Source: Fonticula alba ATCC 38817 (Eukaryota > Protista > Nucleariida). From it: 64,000 nucleotides of DNA. Positions 11,809 to 24,958 of this stretch are shown in pieces. A model generated the notes under the pieces. It had not been told where the DNA came from. It made no database searches and saw only the letters and a list, made by a program, of their open reading frames with translations. Within the stretch, counting starts at the first letter, position 1. The number at the start of each line of letters is the position of its first letter. The stretch lies in assembly GCA_000388065.2 (NCBI GenBank), contig KB932201.1. The stretch is one strand, 5' to 3'. A program made the position numbers and the translations under genes.

Positions 11809-14800
11809 ATGGCCAGTCCGACGATGACCGTCGATCAAAAGAACGCGCTCGCCCGCGCACAGGTGAACCTGGATGTCCTCTTGGCCAATGCCACATCTGC
11901 CAAGGCCCAGGCCGGTCGCATGCTCCGGACCGAGGGACAGGGTACCGTTTTCCGCAAGCCGCCATCGGCGATCCTCTTTTGCCCCGATCGTGTGCCGTCT
12001 CTGCAGTGCGCTAATTCTCAGATGTCATGTGGTGATCGCAAAATGGTCAAGACTACCTGAAGCTCGTGGCTTTGGCGGTGTCTCTCGGTGAGACGCTCGG
12101 GGGTTTGCTCCAGACGCATTTCCATGTCCCGGTCCAGCCGTCGGAGGCCAATCTCGGTCCCAATGAGGTGGCCCTCGACCTGGCCAATATCGATGCTCGG
12201 TTTGGCTTGCGCTTTGGTCCGCTCCCGGGCGTGGCTGCCAAGAGCATTCCCCAGCCTGACTACGCCGACGACTCGGAGGAGGCGGCCGACGCTTTGATTG
12301 CGGCAGACGATGCCCATGTCGCTGCCATGGAAGATCCCCTGGGCGCGCGTACCTCCGGTCTTTTGGCCGAACTTGCGGCCCTGCGTTTGGCGGAGGATGT
12401 CGATGTGACGCGACTCCGGTCGGCTATTTCCTATATGGCAGCCATTTCTGGGACTCGGTTTGGCGAGCAGCCCAAGTTTGACGGCGCCCTCCCGTGGAGT
12501 GTTGGCCCGAAGGACACCTCCGTGTCCGGGGACATCGCTGTTCCGAGCTTCACTCTGCCCTGGCTGATGGCCTGCTTTGGCAACGGTGCGTGCATGCCTG
12601 TGCATAGGCATGCCGTTTGCGCGTGTTCCCTTTTCCTGCTGCTTTCAGTCCCTTCCTCCCTCTCCCCCTCTCTCTCTCTCTCTGCCATCTGACACCCTCC
12701 CGCTTTGTCTTCTCCGCAGGCCTGGCGCTCTTTTCCGACGGGCACTTCCATGCGGCCGCACTCGCCCTCGACTCGGTGCTGCTTCTGCTTCGGGCGCTCA
12801 TCTTCCCGGATCTGAGCCTGCTCAGCCTGAATGCCGAGCAGATGCCCATGGTTGACCTTCTGCGTGGCTTGACTGACCCGGTCAAGCGTCGCCAAGCCTC
12901 TGTCTGGCTGGAGGCCGTCCTCTACCTGCGCATTTTTGCCCTTTGGGCTGACACGTACGTCCCTGTCCGAGAGAGAGAGAGAGAGGGAGAGAGAGGAAAA
13001 AACAGCCGACATCAGCCATGCTCATTGCCCTTTGTCAAAGGGGCGAGAGACGGCACGGGGGGCAGGAGATCGACCGTGTAGACATGCAACTCACACTCTC
13101 GCGCCTGCACATGCAGTGACCTTGCTGGCGCTCTCTCCGCCTGCCGAGACTACCTGTCGCTCATGCACTGGGTGTCCTTCGGGTCGCCAACCAGCGACAA
13201 CTCCATCCAGTGTGGCCACGCCTTCACCCTCTTCGAGGAGAATCAAATCGGCGAGTACCCCTGGCTGTACAATGTTCCCCAGCTGGATCGTCCACTGGAG
13301 GGGACTTTCCCTCAGGGCAAGTTCCTGATCCCAGCCACGGACCCGCGGCGGCTGGTCTCCGTGTTGGCGCTTTTCACCCAACTGCTTGCCCTGTCCCAGG
13401 AGCGCGGCAGGTACGTGTCCTGTCCATGCATGTGCCCCTTCGCCTGAGTTACACCTGCTGACCACACACATGCATATACATGGATCTACATGTATGTAAT
13501 TTTATGTATGCACACGCAACCCATGCCCATGTAGCTCCGATCCTCTTCCCCTGTACGCCATGTGTCTGGCTCACGCCCTCCCCTGGCTGCAGTACATCTC
13601 GCTGGACTTCGAGTCGCGCCACGACATGTGGCCCCTGTCGGTTGAACAGGCGCTCGGCATTCTCGAGGCCGGTCTTCAATTGGCCGGGCCGATTCTCGGT
13701 CTGGACCTGATGCAGGACTTTGGCACGGCCCCGGGCTGCCTGGCGCCGCTGGTGACGCAGGTTGCCCTCGAGCGACTCCAGCACACGGGCCGCCACAGCT
13801 TGGCCGAGGAGAGCCTCCAAACGATGACCCTGCTGGCTGGGCTGCGCACTCGTACCGTCCTCTCCCGTGCGGCCTACATGTCCGGCGGTTCGGCCGAACT
13901 GCGCCAGCAGGCCGACAACTGCCGGCTCTTCTTCGCCTTGGCCCTTCTCCGGAGCAACTAGTGCGTCCCTCTGTCCACCCTGTGCCTGCTGTTCGACCTC
14001 TTCCATCCTTCCCCCCCCCCCCCCTCCTCCCTCCGTGCTCACCCTGTGGCGTCCCAGCCCCCTTGCCTCGGCCAACGAGCTGAAGAGCGCCGGACTTCTC
14101 CAGATGGAGTTGGGCACCTCCTCTGCCGACCAGCCCCTGACCTTGGGGTCGGAGGACAGTTGGTGCAGCCTGTTGCAGGCGCACATCCTGTCGGCGGCCC
14201 TGCGCACGGCGGCCTTGGTGCATCTGGCGCAGGTGGATGCCGAAGCCGACGCGGTGCGCCTCGGCCCGGCCACGCTTCCGCCTCTGGTCCCCAGTGACCC
14301 GGCGACCGCCGAGCCGCAGTACTATCTTGCCACGGCCGCGGGGCTGGCTCTGGGCGCCTTCCATGCCTTGACTCGTGCTCTTGGGCGTCTGGCTCCGGGG
14401 GACGCTGCCCCGGCTGCTGGTCGCGTGGATTTGGCCCTGCTACGGGCATCGCTGGCTCATGGGGCGGCCGTGTGCCAGCTGCATCTGGCCCGTGGCGCGG
14501 ACCCGGCGGTCCGACTGGCCGCCCTGGCCCTCGGCCACCGGGTGGTCGCCACTCCTGGGGATGATCTGCCGTATGGGGGCCCCGCGCGTCAGGCCCTGCT
14601 CGCCAGCGTGGCCGACCTCCTGGAGGAAGTCCTGCCGGCTGAGATTGCGGACGCCGACCAACTTGAGACTGTCAATTTGGCGGATCGCGATGGCAATTGG
14701 CTCTTTGTCATCGCCTCCAGCCTGTACCACCTTGGCCTGGCGCATTCGGAGAAGCGCGACGTACGTTGCCCAGTCGCGAGATGGGCCGACCTTGGAACAT

Positions 14801-16355
14801 GGGACCCTGTCACCCACGCATACATGTCCCCGTTCTGTCTTGCCCATGAATGGCAGATGCTGACCTGATGTGCCTTCTTTCTCCGGGGGGGGGGGAGGGG
14901 GCCCTCTCCGACCCTGGCAGATTGCCCGCGCCATTTTCTTTGCCCGGCGCGCGGCCCTGGTGTGCCGCACTTCCGGCGACCTTCCGGACGCCAAGTACCC
15001 CGAGCTGGCGGTCATTCGCCGGTCGGTTTGGTACCTGCTTACCATGCTCCTGACCACGCCAGATGCCGTGTCGCTTGTGGGCTTGCGCAATGACCAGGAG
15101 ACCAATCGGCCGATGGCTGGTGGATTGGCCTCCGCTTGGCGTGCGTGCCTCGCGGCCCAGGCAGCCTGTCATGTCGATGGGGAGCATGCCCATCCGGATC
15201 CTGTGTATGTTTTGCCAGCCTCCGGCGTTTTCTCGTGCCGCATACCATCGCACACGCGGCTCCTGCTTTTTCCTTCTTTTTTTTCCCCCTGCCGCGCCGC
15301 CATCCACATGCGCCGATGCACATGCGCATGGTGCTCCGCAAACTGACACCCATTTGGGGCACGCAGCTTCCATTTCCAGGAGGCCATCATCGAGGCGTCG
15401 CTGGCGTGCCAGTGCTCCTTCGACGGGACTCGCGAGGAGGAGGCCGACCAGCTGCTCCGTGCGTCGGGTCAGCATCTCAAGCAGGCATTCGCCCTGGTGG
15501 CCAAGGCCAAGGCTCCCGGCATGGTGAAGCTTAACGCCTGGCTGGTGGCCACGCATGTGTATATCCTCCTGTTGGTGGCTGCCAGTCCCGGATATTTGGA
15601 GCAGTCAAGCCTGGTGTCCGAAGCCCAGAAGTGCCTGGACTTCATCTCCACCCTGGTGAAGTCGGCCCAGCTGGATGACCGCACCTATGCGGCGCGCGTT
15701 TGGCTCACGGTACGTGGATCGTCACCGCGTGCATCTTACCAGAGCCAGATCGCCTCGCTGTGCCTCGCCCCCCCCCCCCCCCCCCCCGCTAACCGGTCTT
15801 TCCCTCTATCTCCTGCTCCCGGTCTTTCTCCTGCCCCGCCTCCAAATCACATGGGCTCTCAACTCCACCCTTCAGCTGTCCATCCTTGCAGTTGCGCTGG
15901 GGCAGTCGCAGCGTGCCATGGAGCACCTGTCTCTGGCCTCGTCCTTCGCTCCCGGTGGGAATGTGGCCTCGGTGGCGCCGGCCCTGGCGGCCTTGGTTCA
16001 CTCGATGCTGGTGCCGGAGGAGGGTGCCACGCGCATTCGCGGAACGACCGCTTCTCCTGATGCTGGCAGCCCCGAGCTGGAGGGCATCCACCATGGGCCT
16101 GGGGATGAGTCGGCCGCCAGTGTGCGCCTGCGCATCCGCCACTTTGCCGGGCGCCTGACCATGTCCACCGGGGCCGGCATCGACGCGCCTTTCGGCGACA
16201 TCGGCGTGGCCCGGCCGGCTGACGCGGCTCCCAAGCACAAGGCCAGCCTGGAGGCTCAGTCATCGAGCCCCATTCCCCCGAGCAGCTTTATTTCTCTGAT
16301 TCTGGGCTCCGCAGCCAGTGTTTCGACTCTCTTCCCGGTCCCGGTGGTCGGGTGA
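11809..16355 (+). CDS. Large helical/TPR protein, probably TTC7/YPP1-like (PI4-kinase scaffold), 9 exons, ~1120 aa
   Basis: Exons 11809-11941, 12052-12585, 12720-12954, 13117-13410, 13535-13960, 14058-14760, 14921-~15144, ~15367-15709, 15876-16355 give a continuous 3372-nt frame; intron 1 acceptor and intron 7 boundaries are uncertain. SLYHLGLAHSEKRD|IARAIFFARRA...VWYLLTMLLT resembles the TPR pair of TTC7/YPP1/plant NPG1, and VWLT|LSILAVALGQSQRAMEHLSLASSFAP is TPR-like. The gene is well supported; the family call is moderate. Confidence 0.6.
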
Positions 16356-16653
16356 GTGGAATAAGAAGTCGGCATGGTGCATGACCCCGCCTGTGGGTGT
16401 GCACGCCGGTCTCGCGCTGCGTGTATTCCCCTCGCACGCCAGCACGGTCTTCCCCCCTCCTCCTCCTCCTCCTCCGCCGCCGCCCACTTTTCCCTCCCCC
16501 AGGAAGGGGAGGGGGATGCGCATGGCGGCGTGGCAAGGAGGAAAAGCGAGGCTCAACACACGGCCGATTGGAGACCTCCCTCGGTCCAGCTGTTTCTCTC
16601 GAAGGAGGGCGGGAAATCTCCTCCCCCTCCAATAATAATACCCCCTGGGAGGC

Positions 16654-16659
16654 AATAAA
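16654..16659 (+). terminator. Candidate polyadenylation signal of the TPR gene
   Basis: AATAAATAAA about 300 nt after the stop at 16355. Confidence 0.4.
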
Positions 16660-17366
16660 TAAATGCATGTACAAAAAGGGATTCTCCCCCGCGTTCTCCA
16701 ACACACAACGGCGCTCTTTCTCCCCGAGGGAAATGGGACATGGAACGCAAGACGGCTCAGCCGCCGATCGAACTGATCGTTGGCACTTATGATCATGTGG
16801 AAAGATACGCGTGGACGATCCCCTCGCGGCGTCTCCCGCCCGCCCGGAAACGATCTTCTCTGCACCGGGTGGTCGAGAGGACGACGGCGGGGGGCGTGAC
16901 GGGAAACGGGAGGCGGGGGGAGGGGGGGGGGGGGGTTCGCGTGGGGGGGGTACACGCGGGCAGGGGGGTGGGCGAGACCCGGGCAGCAACGCGTGGCCGG
17001 GCCCAGCGCCCGCACACCCCCCGACCCCGGAGCCCAGAGGCACACAGCCCCCGGTGGGAGAGTGGCAGGTGAGGGTTCATAGGGCCCCGCAAGCAAGGCA
17101 ACTCCCGGCCCGGTCCCCTACCATATGCCCCCTGCCCCACTCCTTCCCCCGACTGTCCCAGGTTTCTTGCTGCCCTCTTTCTTCCCGCGTCCCTCTTTCT
17201 CCTCAGATCCCCCCGACTGGCACTTTGTCCCTCTCCTTTCCCCTCCCCCCGTTGCTCCGTCCGCTCCTCCTCCCACCCTCCCTCCCTCCCCGACTCACAC
17301 GCCCCAATCTGCCTTTGCCACTTGCCCAGTGAGCATTACCCCCCGGAATCTCCGACCTTAGGAACA

Positions 17367-19276
17367 ATGGCCCGCTCCCGCCGCGCGAAGCTCGGTACGT
17401 GGCCCTGTGCCATCCAGCCTCCTACCTGCCCCCAAGAGACGATACATGTATATGTGTCGGCACCCCCCGCCAGCCGCGAGTGGCAGACAAGGAGGCCGAA
17501 AAAAAAAAAAGACACCCGCCCTGTGCACCGACCTAACTTGAAGCCCACGGCATGTGTGTCCCCCTCCCGCAGTCTCCCTGACCAACACCACCAAGCGTGG
17601 CCGTGAGCAGAAGGAGAACCTCATTACCGAGATCCAGGAGGCCATCGAGCGCTTCAACAACATCTATCTTTTCTCCGTCGAGCACATGCGCAACACCTTC
17701 CTGAAGGACATTCGTGCCGACCTGCCGGATTCGCGCTTCTTCTTCGGCAAGAACCGCGTCATGTCCAAGGCCTTCGGTGTGGCCCTCTCGGACGAGCCGC
17801 ACCCCGGCCTGGCGGAGATCGGCCGCCGTCTGGTCGGCAATGTTGGTCTCCTGCTGACCAACCGCCCGCACGATGAGATCGTCGAGTGCGTTCCTCCCTG
17901 GTGTCGCCATTTCCCACCTGGCGATGTGTAGCGCATTGCGTGAGCGCGCGCACATGCCCGCGCAATTGCGGATCCCCCTGACCCATGCCTGCACATGTGT
18001 GCTGCCCCTGTCTCTCGCCCCCCCCCCCCCCCCCCCCCCTGCGCCCCCTGCGCCCGACGCATGCCACGAGACAGGATTCAGCTGCTGCTTGTCGGACATG
18101 GATCCTGTGCCTTTTTTCTTCCTTGTGCACGTGTGTCGTGCTCTGATGCGCAGTGGGCCCGACGATCGGCATCGAGGGCGGGAGAGGGAGGGAGGGAGAA
18201 AATATCGCCCAAATGGCGAGCCCGCATTGTTGCATCCATCGGCCCGCAGTGTGTATGCCCTCCCCCCCCCCCCCCCCCCCTGTGTGTTAGCTACTTTGCC
18301 ACCTTCTCCAAGACCGACTATGCTCGCGCTGGTGCCATCGCCTCTGAGACCATCGAGCTGTCCGCCGGTATGTACCCCCCCTCTCTTTCTCTCCCTCTCT
18401 CTCTCTCCCTCTCTCCCTCTCTCCCTCGCTGGGGGGGCATCCATCGAAGCCCTCTGCTTGGCTCTCGCCGCCGTCGCTCGCCCGTCCACATGCTCTGACG
18501 ACCCTCCTCGCTGCGGTGCCTTGGCTGTGCCTTTTTCTTTTCCCCCTTTTGCCGCATCTGTGCACATGCGCACCTCCCTACGATCACAGGCCCGGTTTTC
18601 CGTGGCATCAACCCCGTGGCCCATCCCATGGAGCCCACCCTCCGTCAGCTTGGCATGCCCACCAGCCTTGTTCAGGGTGCGTCATGCTGCCACTGCTCCC
18701 GAGGGCTGCGGTGTCGACCGCTGTGTGTGCGGCCTCTGTGGACCACCTTCTCTAACCCCCCTGCCCACCCACGTGCACACGCCACCCTTCACTCTGCTCC
18801 CCGCCTCCCTTCCACAGGTGTTGTTACCCTCCAGCGCGATTTCACCATCTGCACCAAGGGCCAGGCCATCACCTCTGAGCAGTCCCACCTCCTCGTGCGT
18901 CGTCCATCTTTTGTCAACAAAGGCGCGAGAGAGCATGTACATGTGCATATGTATACACATATGCGTGTGCATGTGCATCTGCTGTCCAGTGCGCCACACC
19001 TCACCGGTTCCTCATCACTGACGCGCGCGCCCGCCCCCCCCCCCCCCCNNNNNNNNNNCCCCCCCCCCCCCCCGTCTCCTGCCCATCGGCCTGCAGAAAC
19101 TCCTCCTCGTCCCGCTCTCGGAGTTCCGCGTCACCCTCCTGGTTCACTGGATCAAGCCCTCTGCCGAGCAGGAGGATGTCGATCGCGCGTCCACCTTCGA
19201 GCTTCTTGTCTCTGAGGACCAGATGCCGGAGACCCTGCGGGGCCTGAGCGCTACCCCCGAGATTGCCAGCTCCTAA
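17367..19276 (+). CDS. MRT4: Ribosome assembly factor Mrt4 (P0/uL10 paralog), 6 exons, 253 aa
   Basis: Exons 17367-17394, 17573-17885, 18291-18367, 18590-18676, 18818-18894, 19097-19276 (762 nt). MARSRRAKL|VSLTNTTKRGRE..IYLFSVEHMRNTFLKDIR..SRFFFGKNRVM..LVGNVGLLLTN..DYARAGAIA..HPMEPTLRQLGMPT..TSEQSHLL|KLL..LSEFRV matches Mrt4 along its length. Confidence 0.96.
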
Positions 19277-19619
19277 AGGGGAGATAGAGAGAGGGGGGGA
19301 CGAGAATATTGCAAGAGCGAGTGTGCGAGCGTGCATGCCTCCTCTGGCTCTCATGACAAGAGGGGGGCAACTGAGCTGCGGCGTGTCCCCTTGCTGGCTC
19401 TCCCCAGGCTCGGGACGCTACAGCCTCGTGTCTTCCAAAAAAAAAATCCCCCCCTCTTTGCGACACGGTGTCGCTCGCCACCACACCACTACCACCGCTA
19501 GAACCACGCGCAATCCCCGTATCATAGCGCCATGCCAGAGGGCCGCTATGTCGCTGCCGTGCGGCATCCGAGAAGGCGGCCTCCCCCGCATGATGTGCCC
19601 CTGTGCTCGCGTTACGAAA

Positions 19620-19625
19620 AATAAA
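19620..19625 (+). terminator. Candidate polyadenylation signal of MRT4
   Basis: AATAAA in an A-rich patch about 345 nt after the stop. Confidence 0.4.
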
Positions 19626-22600
19626 AAACTCCTACACAAACATGTCTTCCCTCCTCTTGCTCGGGGGGGGGGGGGGGGAAGGGGGGACTCCCAGTCTTGA
19701 CAGAAGAGACGACGGGGGAGGGGACACACGGGGCCAGGAGAAAGAAGCAAGCCTTCGCGGCCTGTTGTGGCGTGTAAATATGGGGGGCGGGCGTGTGTGT
19801 CCCTCGCGCTTTTCATTTTATCAAGGGCCTCTCCCAAGTGGGCGCGCGGGGCGGCAGACTGCAGGCATCGAGTCGCGGTGTGATCTACCGAATCGGCCGT
19901 GTGATGTTGACATGTGACCCACGGTGTGGTGTGATTTGGGGTTCTGGTGTCCTGCGGCGGGCCGAGCACTTCACGGGCTGCCTTCCAGCCCGGGACGGGC
20001 CAGGCGCGGAGACGGCGGGGATGAAAGTACGGCCTTGTTCCGGGACGCCACCGGCGGGCCTCGTCGTGCACATTCAAGCGGCCAGGTGCCCCCTGTTGTC
20101 GAGTGAGCACAGGCCGATGAGCCCCCAGGGGCCTGCTACCCCGACCAGCAGCCGGACGAGGGACCGACGTGCGCACAGGCTGCCAACAGCGGTAGGTTCG
20201 AGGGAAAAAACACCACACAGGGCGGCGGGCGGGGGGGGGGGGGGGGGGGAAAAAAACCGGGAAGGGAAAAGCAAAAGGGGGGGGAAAAAAACCCACACAA
20301 CTGACCCGGGGACGGCATTACGACAGGAATGTGAACCCCTCCAAGGCCCGCGAAGCCCGCCTAAAACCTAAAATGAGCGGGAATCTGTACGACCCCGTAG
20401 GGGGGGCGGGGGCGGTACCTCGCCTCCCGGGTCCGTCGCCGCGCCAGAGGGGAGGCGCTGGTATGGGCGAGAGTGGGCGCGGCTCGGCCGGGGGCAGCCC
20501 TGCCGCAGCAAGTCGGCAAGGCCGCCGCGGCCCGTGCACGAATGCCGAATGCCGCGCGGTGCCGGGCATCAGGCTCGCATGGCCAAGAGGTGTGTGCCCG
20601 GGGGGCCCTCGAACCCGGGCAGCCCGGCCTGGGTGCCGTTGAGTGGGCGGGGGGCCCAGAGCGGCCGGCGGGCCTTTTCCACCGAGGTGCCGCCTCGGAT
20701 CGGGTTCTCTGAGAAGGATGTGTATGTTCGTCTGCCGTTATCTTCGCGTCCGGTTGCGGGCCGGCGAGGCCGCTGAAGCCGGTGCACTTTGGCCCCACAT
20801 GCCCCTTGTGTGTCACATCCTGGGAGCCACCCCCCGCCCAACGGCCGGCCGCACTCTGGGCATACCTCTCCGATGGTGCAACCCTCCGGCCGAATTCCTC
20901 TGCCAGCAGGGTTTCACCAGCTGGGAGGTATGTCCCAGAGTGCGGCCGGCTGTCGGAGCACCGGCCCATCTCCCGGTCTGTGAAGAGTCGCGGCGAGGAA
21001 CCGGCCCTCCCTGGCAAGACTTCCCTTGCGTCGACTTGGCGAAGGTGTGCCCGCGTCGGCCGCCAGAGCGCGGGGCGTTCGCGGGGAGGTTGGAACAGCA
21101 TCACACACGAGCGGCGGGCCAGCGGCGGAGGAGCGGCGGACACGGCTCCAGGGCGACGTCCATTGTTATTGCGACGCGGCTGCCTGCCAGTCCCGGAAGA
21201 GCGGCGGCCGGGGGAGCCTGGAATGTGTTCCCCGGGGGCCGGCAGGCATCCTCGCCCGAGGGGTGCGGGCCTTGGTGCCGATGGCCTTGCTGGCCGGCCC
21301 CGCCTCAGGGGGGGGGGGAGACGTGCGTCCGGACACCCAATCCCGGCGCTCTTGGGGCATGCGTCCCCCCCCGTGTGTCCGAAGTGCCCCGGAATGGCGC
21401 ATTCCCCGGGAGATGACGCGTGGGCTGAGCGGCGATATTCAACTATGATTCTCCGGCTCCCGTGGAGTACCTCACCCGGGGGCTGCGGCAGGGCAACAGT
21501 TGAAAAAAGGCAGTGCCGGCGGCGCCCTGCTATGGACGGACCACAGACCCGGGCAGCCGGGCGGGGCAAAGGGAGACACCCTCCCCCCCCCCCCCCCCCC
21601 GCTTTGCCTGTGATAAGCCGGCGGAGGTTAGGGTCCTGCCACCCGGTGGCGTCGTGGGAAGGCCTCCGCCCGAAGTCCCGGGAGAAGGGCCGGCCGCGCC
21701 CAACCAAGGCCGGCGACGGGAGAGAGATGTGGGCACAGGGCCTTTCCCCCTTAATGATCTATTAAATATTGACATTATCACTAGCCTTGGCCCGGAGGGC
21801 GAGGGGAAAAGGGCGACGCTGTTTCGCCGACCGTCCCTCCCCCGCTGCTGCCCGGACCAAGGACGCATCTTGCTCCGCTGCGGTCCGGGCCCGGTAGCCG
21901 GATCCCCGTTTTTTTTCGGGTCCTTTCCCCGCGGCTGCACCCCTGAGGCGCGCCCCTGGGGGCGGGGAGGGGGGGGGGCCGGGGTGGGCGGGCGAGGCGC
22001 CGTGGCGCGCTCTGCGCCTGTGCCCCTCTCCAGCCGGCCGGAGACTGCAGCCGGCCGAGCTGGCCACTTGCTGTCCCCCCCCCCCCCCCCGCCCTCCGCC
22101 CCCTGCTGTGTCCCCGAGAAGGACGCGGACCCGATGAAGACATCTTCCCTGGGGCCGGCTGATGGGAGCCTTTCCCTGCCCCCGCCTCCGCCCCCCCCCT
22201 CCCCGGGCAAGGTCAAGCAGCTTTCCCGCTCCCCAGTCACTGTGCGCCTGCGCCGGCCCCCCCGTCTCGGGGCCGGGCCCGGGGCCGAGTGACCGGTGTG
22301 TGTGCGCGCGGCAATTTCGGGCTGTCCTGGTTCGGCGGGCTCGCCATAATTGCGGGCCCGTGCAGCTCAACGAAAGGTCGGGACGCGGTCCGAAAAGGGG
22401 CGGGGTTATTGTTCCCCCGCCCATCGGCCGGTGGACATCGGCGCCCAACGGGGCGAGGGGCGTGGACGCACATGAATGTGGTACCCATATGCGAGAGCCG
22501 AGCGCACGCCCCGGCGTACTCGCGCACACGCACACACATTCGCAGACAGGGGGAGACCTGGGCGCCGGCGCATACTCTCCCGGCACGGGCGCGCCAAAAG

Positions 22601-24958
22601 GCACATGCATGCTCCCCCGGGCTGTTATTGCAATTCAGGTCAGCAATATACGGCGGCAATCCCGCCGCCGCCTCACATGGAGGCCGGGTCTGCCGGGTTC
22701 ACCGCACGAATGGCCAAGCTTGCTTTGGTGCGGCGCGCATGCTCCATTTTCCAGGCGCCCCCCCCCTGGTGTGGGGTCGGGCCGGGGGGGGGGGGCTAAT
22801 TCGTTCCTGCAACGCGTGCGCAAGTGCGACAGGGCTTGCGCCAGCCGAGGCGTCTGCGCGGGCGCACTCACGCGTTCCAGAAGGAGCCACCGGCTCTCCG
22901 GTGTGTTGGCTACGGGCTCCAGGGGCGCGCGTCGCACCTCCGCCGCACGCCCCAGGGCTGTCGGGGGCGGCTTTGACTGTGTGACGCGCAGTCTGGCTCT
23001 TCCCCGCTCTGTTTGCAGTCCCCTGTGTCCCCAAGGGCCTTCCTATCCGAGGGGGGGGGTCTGCGGCGATTCACCCCTCTGTTCGACCGGGGGGGGGCGG
23101 GGCGGGGCCGGGCGTTCTTTCATTTCACCTCTCAATGGCGGCCGGTTCTGGGAAATTCCACCACCATGGGGAACCTGCCTCTGTGTGGCGTCCCCGGCTG
23201 GTCCGCCCATGGCCTGGGGAGGGCCCGAGCGTTGTTTGTCTCTTGCGCACGGGCCCGGGCCGGTGCCGTCACACCCCCGGAGTGCTCGCGCCCCTGCGGC
23301 CTGCCGCAGAGAGTCCTGCCCGTCCGACATCGCCCTCGCCTCTGGCCCACGCGAATGGGCATGCCTCACATTCGCAGGCCGCATTGGCGGGCAGAGGACA
23401 ATGCCTGGTCAACTGGCTGGTTGTCCCCGCGCCCCCCCCCCCCCCCCCGTCCGTCCGTCCCCCGCAGGGATTCGAGAAAGGGGCGTCCGGTGAGGGCGCA
23501 CCCGGGGCGGGGGATGATTGGGCGGTTCCGCCGAGGCTCCACGGAACGGTTGCAGTCTAACGGGGGCCGAGCACAGCCGGGATGGAGGAAAGGGGGGGCA
23601 ACCAGCCGGGGGGGGGGGGGCGGCTCAAAAGCGCGTGAGGCCGGGTCCCGGCAGGGGCGGGGTTGTCAACACCGCTCCATCCCCAGGCCCGGGGAATGGT
23701 AATTCCAATGAATACGCCAGCGCCGAGCCGACCGCCACATCTCAAGCACAGGCAGGTGCACGCTCGCTTGCGGTCATTCCCGTGCAGGGGGAGAATGCAT
23801 TTGGCTACAGGGATGTGCTCCTTCTCTCTCTCTCTCTCTCCCTCTCTCCCCCTCTCGGTCGACGAACTTTCTTCGTGCCGCGCGCCCTGCGTTCCGCTTG
23901 CGGCCCCGGAGGCTTGTGTCTCCCCCTGCTGTCTTGGGACCACAGGAGCAGGGGCTTAGGGCGGGCGGGCCGGCGGGCGGGCAGGGGGGGAGCACCCGGC
24001 GGCGGCCAACCGCCGCCCCCTGTGTACTGGAGACGGGTGCGTTCCCTCGACGACCATTGGACGCGTCGACCAGCCCCGGTCGGGAGTGTGGCGTCCCAGG
24101 GGGCGGACAGAGGGTGGGGGTGTTGTTGGGGGGCGGGGNNNNNNNNNNNNNNNNNNNNNNNNNNNNNNNNNNNNNNNNNNNNNGGGGGGGGGGGGGCATC
24201 CCCCAGGTGAGCGGAGACGCCGGCCGCCGGCCGCGCCCTAGCACGTTTGGCCAGTTCGATGCGTTGAACGAGGTGTCTCGCCGGCCGGGTGTCGTGCGCC
24301 CTTGGCCCCGGTCTCTGTTTCGTCGCCTCTCGGGGGAGGGTCCCCTGGCTTGGCTGTGGTGCCGGGCGATATATTTGGGCGTGTTTGACTGAAGGCACCT
24401 TGGTGTAAATTTACCGAATTGCATACGTGTATTTTCGCGTACGCATGCCTTTGTATTGGTTCGTCTCCCTCCTCCTCCTCTCTCCTCTCTCCCCCCTCCT
24501 CCTCTCTTCCCCCTCCTCCCTCCTCTGTGTTGTACAGCTCGCCCGCCGCGCTCGTTTTTGTTCCCCCCCCCTTCGCGGCACTCTTCCTTATGTGCTTCTC
24601 TCCCGCTCTTCCTCGCTCTCTTTCTCCGCCTCTTGCCGGTCCTTCTCCGGGAGGGAAAAGGCGCGCGAGGCGGCGGGCCGAGAAAGCGCCCGAAAAGCAG
24701 TCCCAGCACATTGTGCTGGCCTTTGGCACTGTGATTCGCGACCCCCCTTCCTCTTCTTCCTTTCTCCCTGCACCGCCGCAGGCGGCCTTCTCTTGCCCGC
24801 GCCCTGATCCTCCCTCGCCCTTCCCTTCCCCGGCTCCTCCCCTCCGATGCTAACCTATTGTCTCTCTGTTTGCCTGTTCCCCCCCTCCTCCCCCCTCCGT
24901 CGTTCTCTTCTCCTTGTTGCTTAGATTTACACTACCTTCCCGTTTCACTTTTTTCACC

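Noticed and set aside
13959-13961. Apparent stop codon splitting the TPR gene into two ORFs (possible pseudogene or readthrough)
   Set aside because: The TAG overlaps a consensus donor (TA|GTGCGT); splicing to 14058 restores the frame as Tyr.
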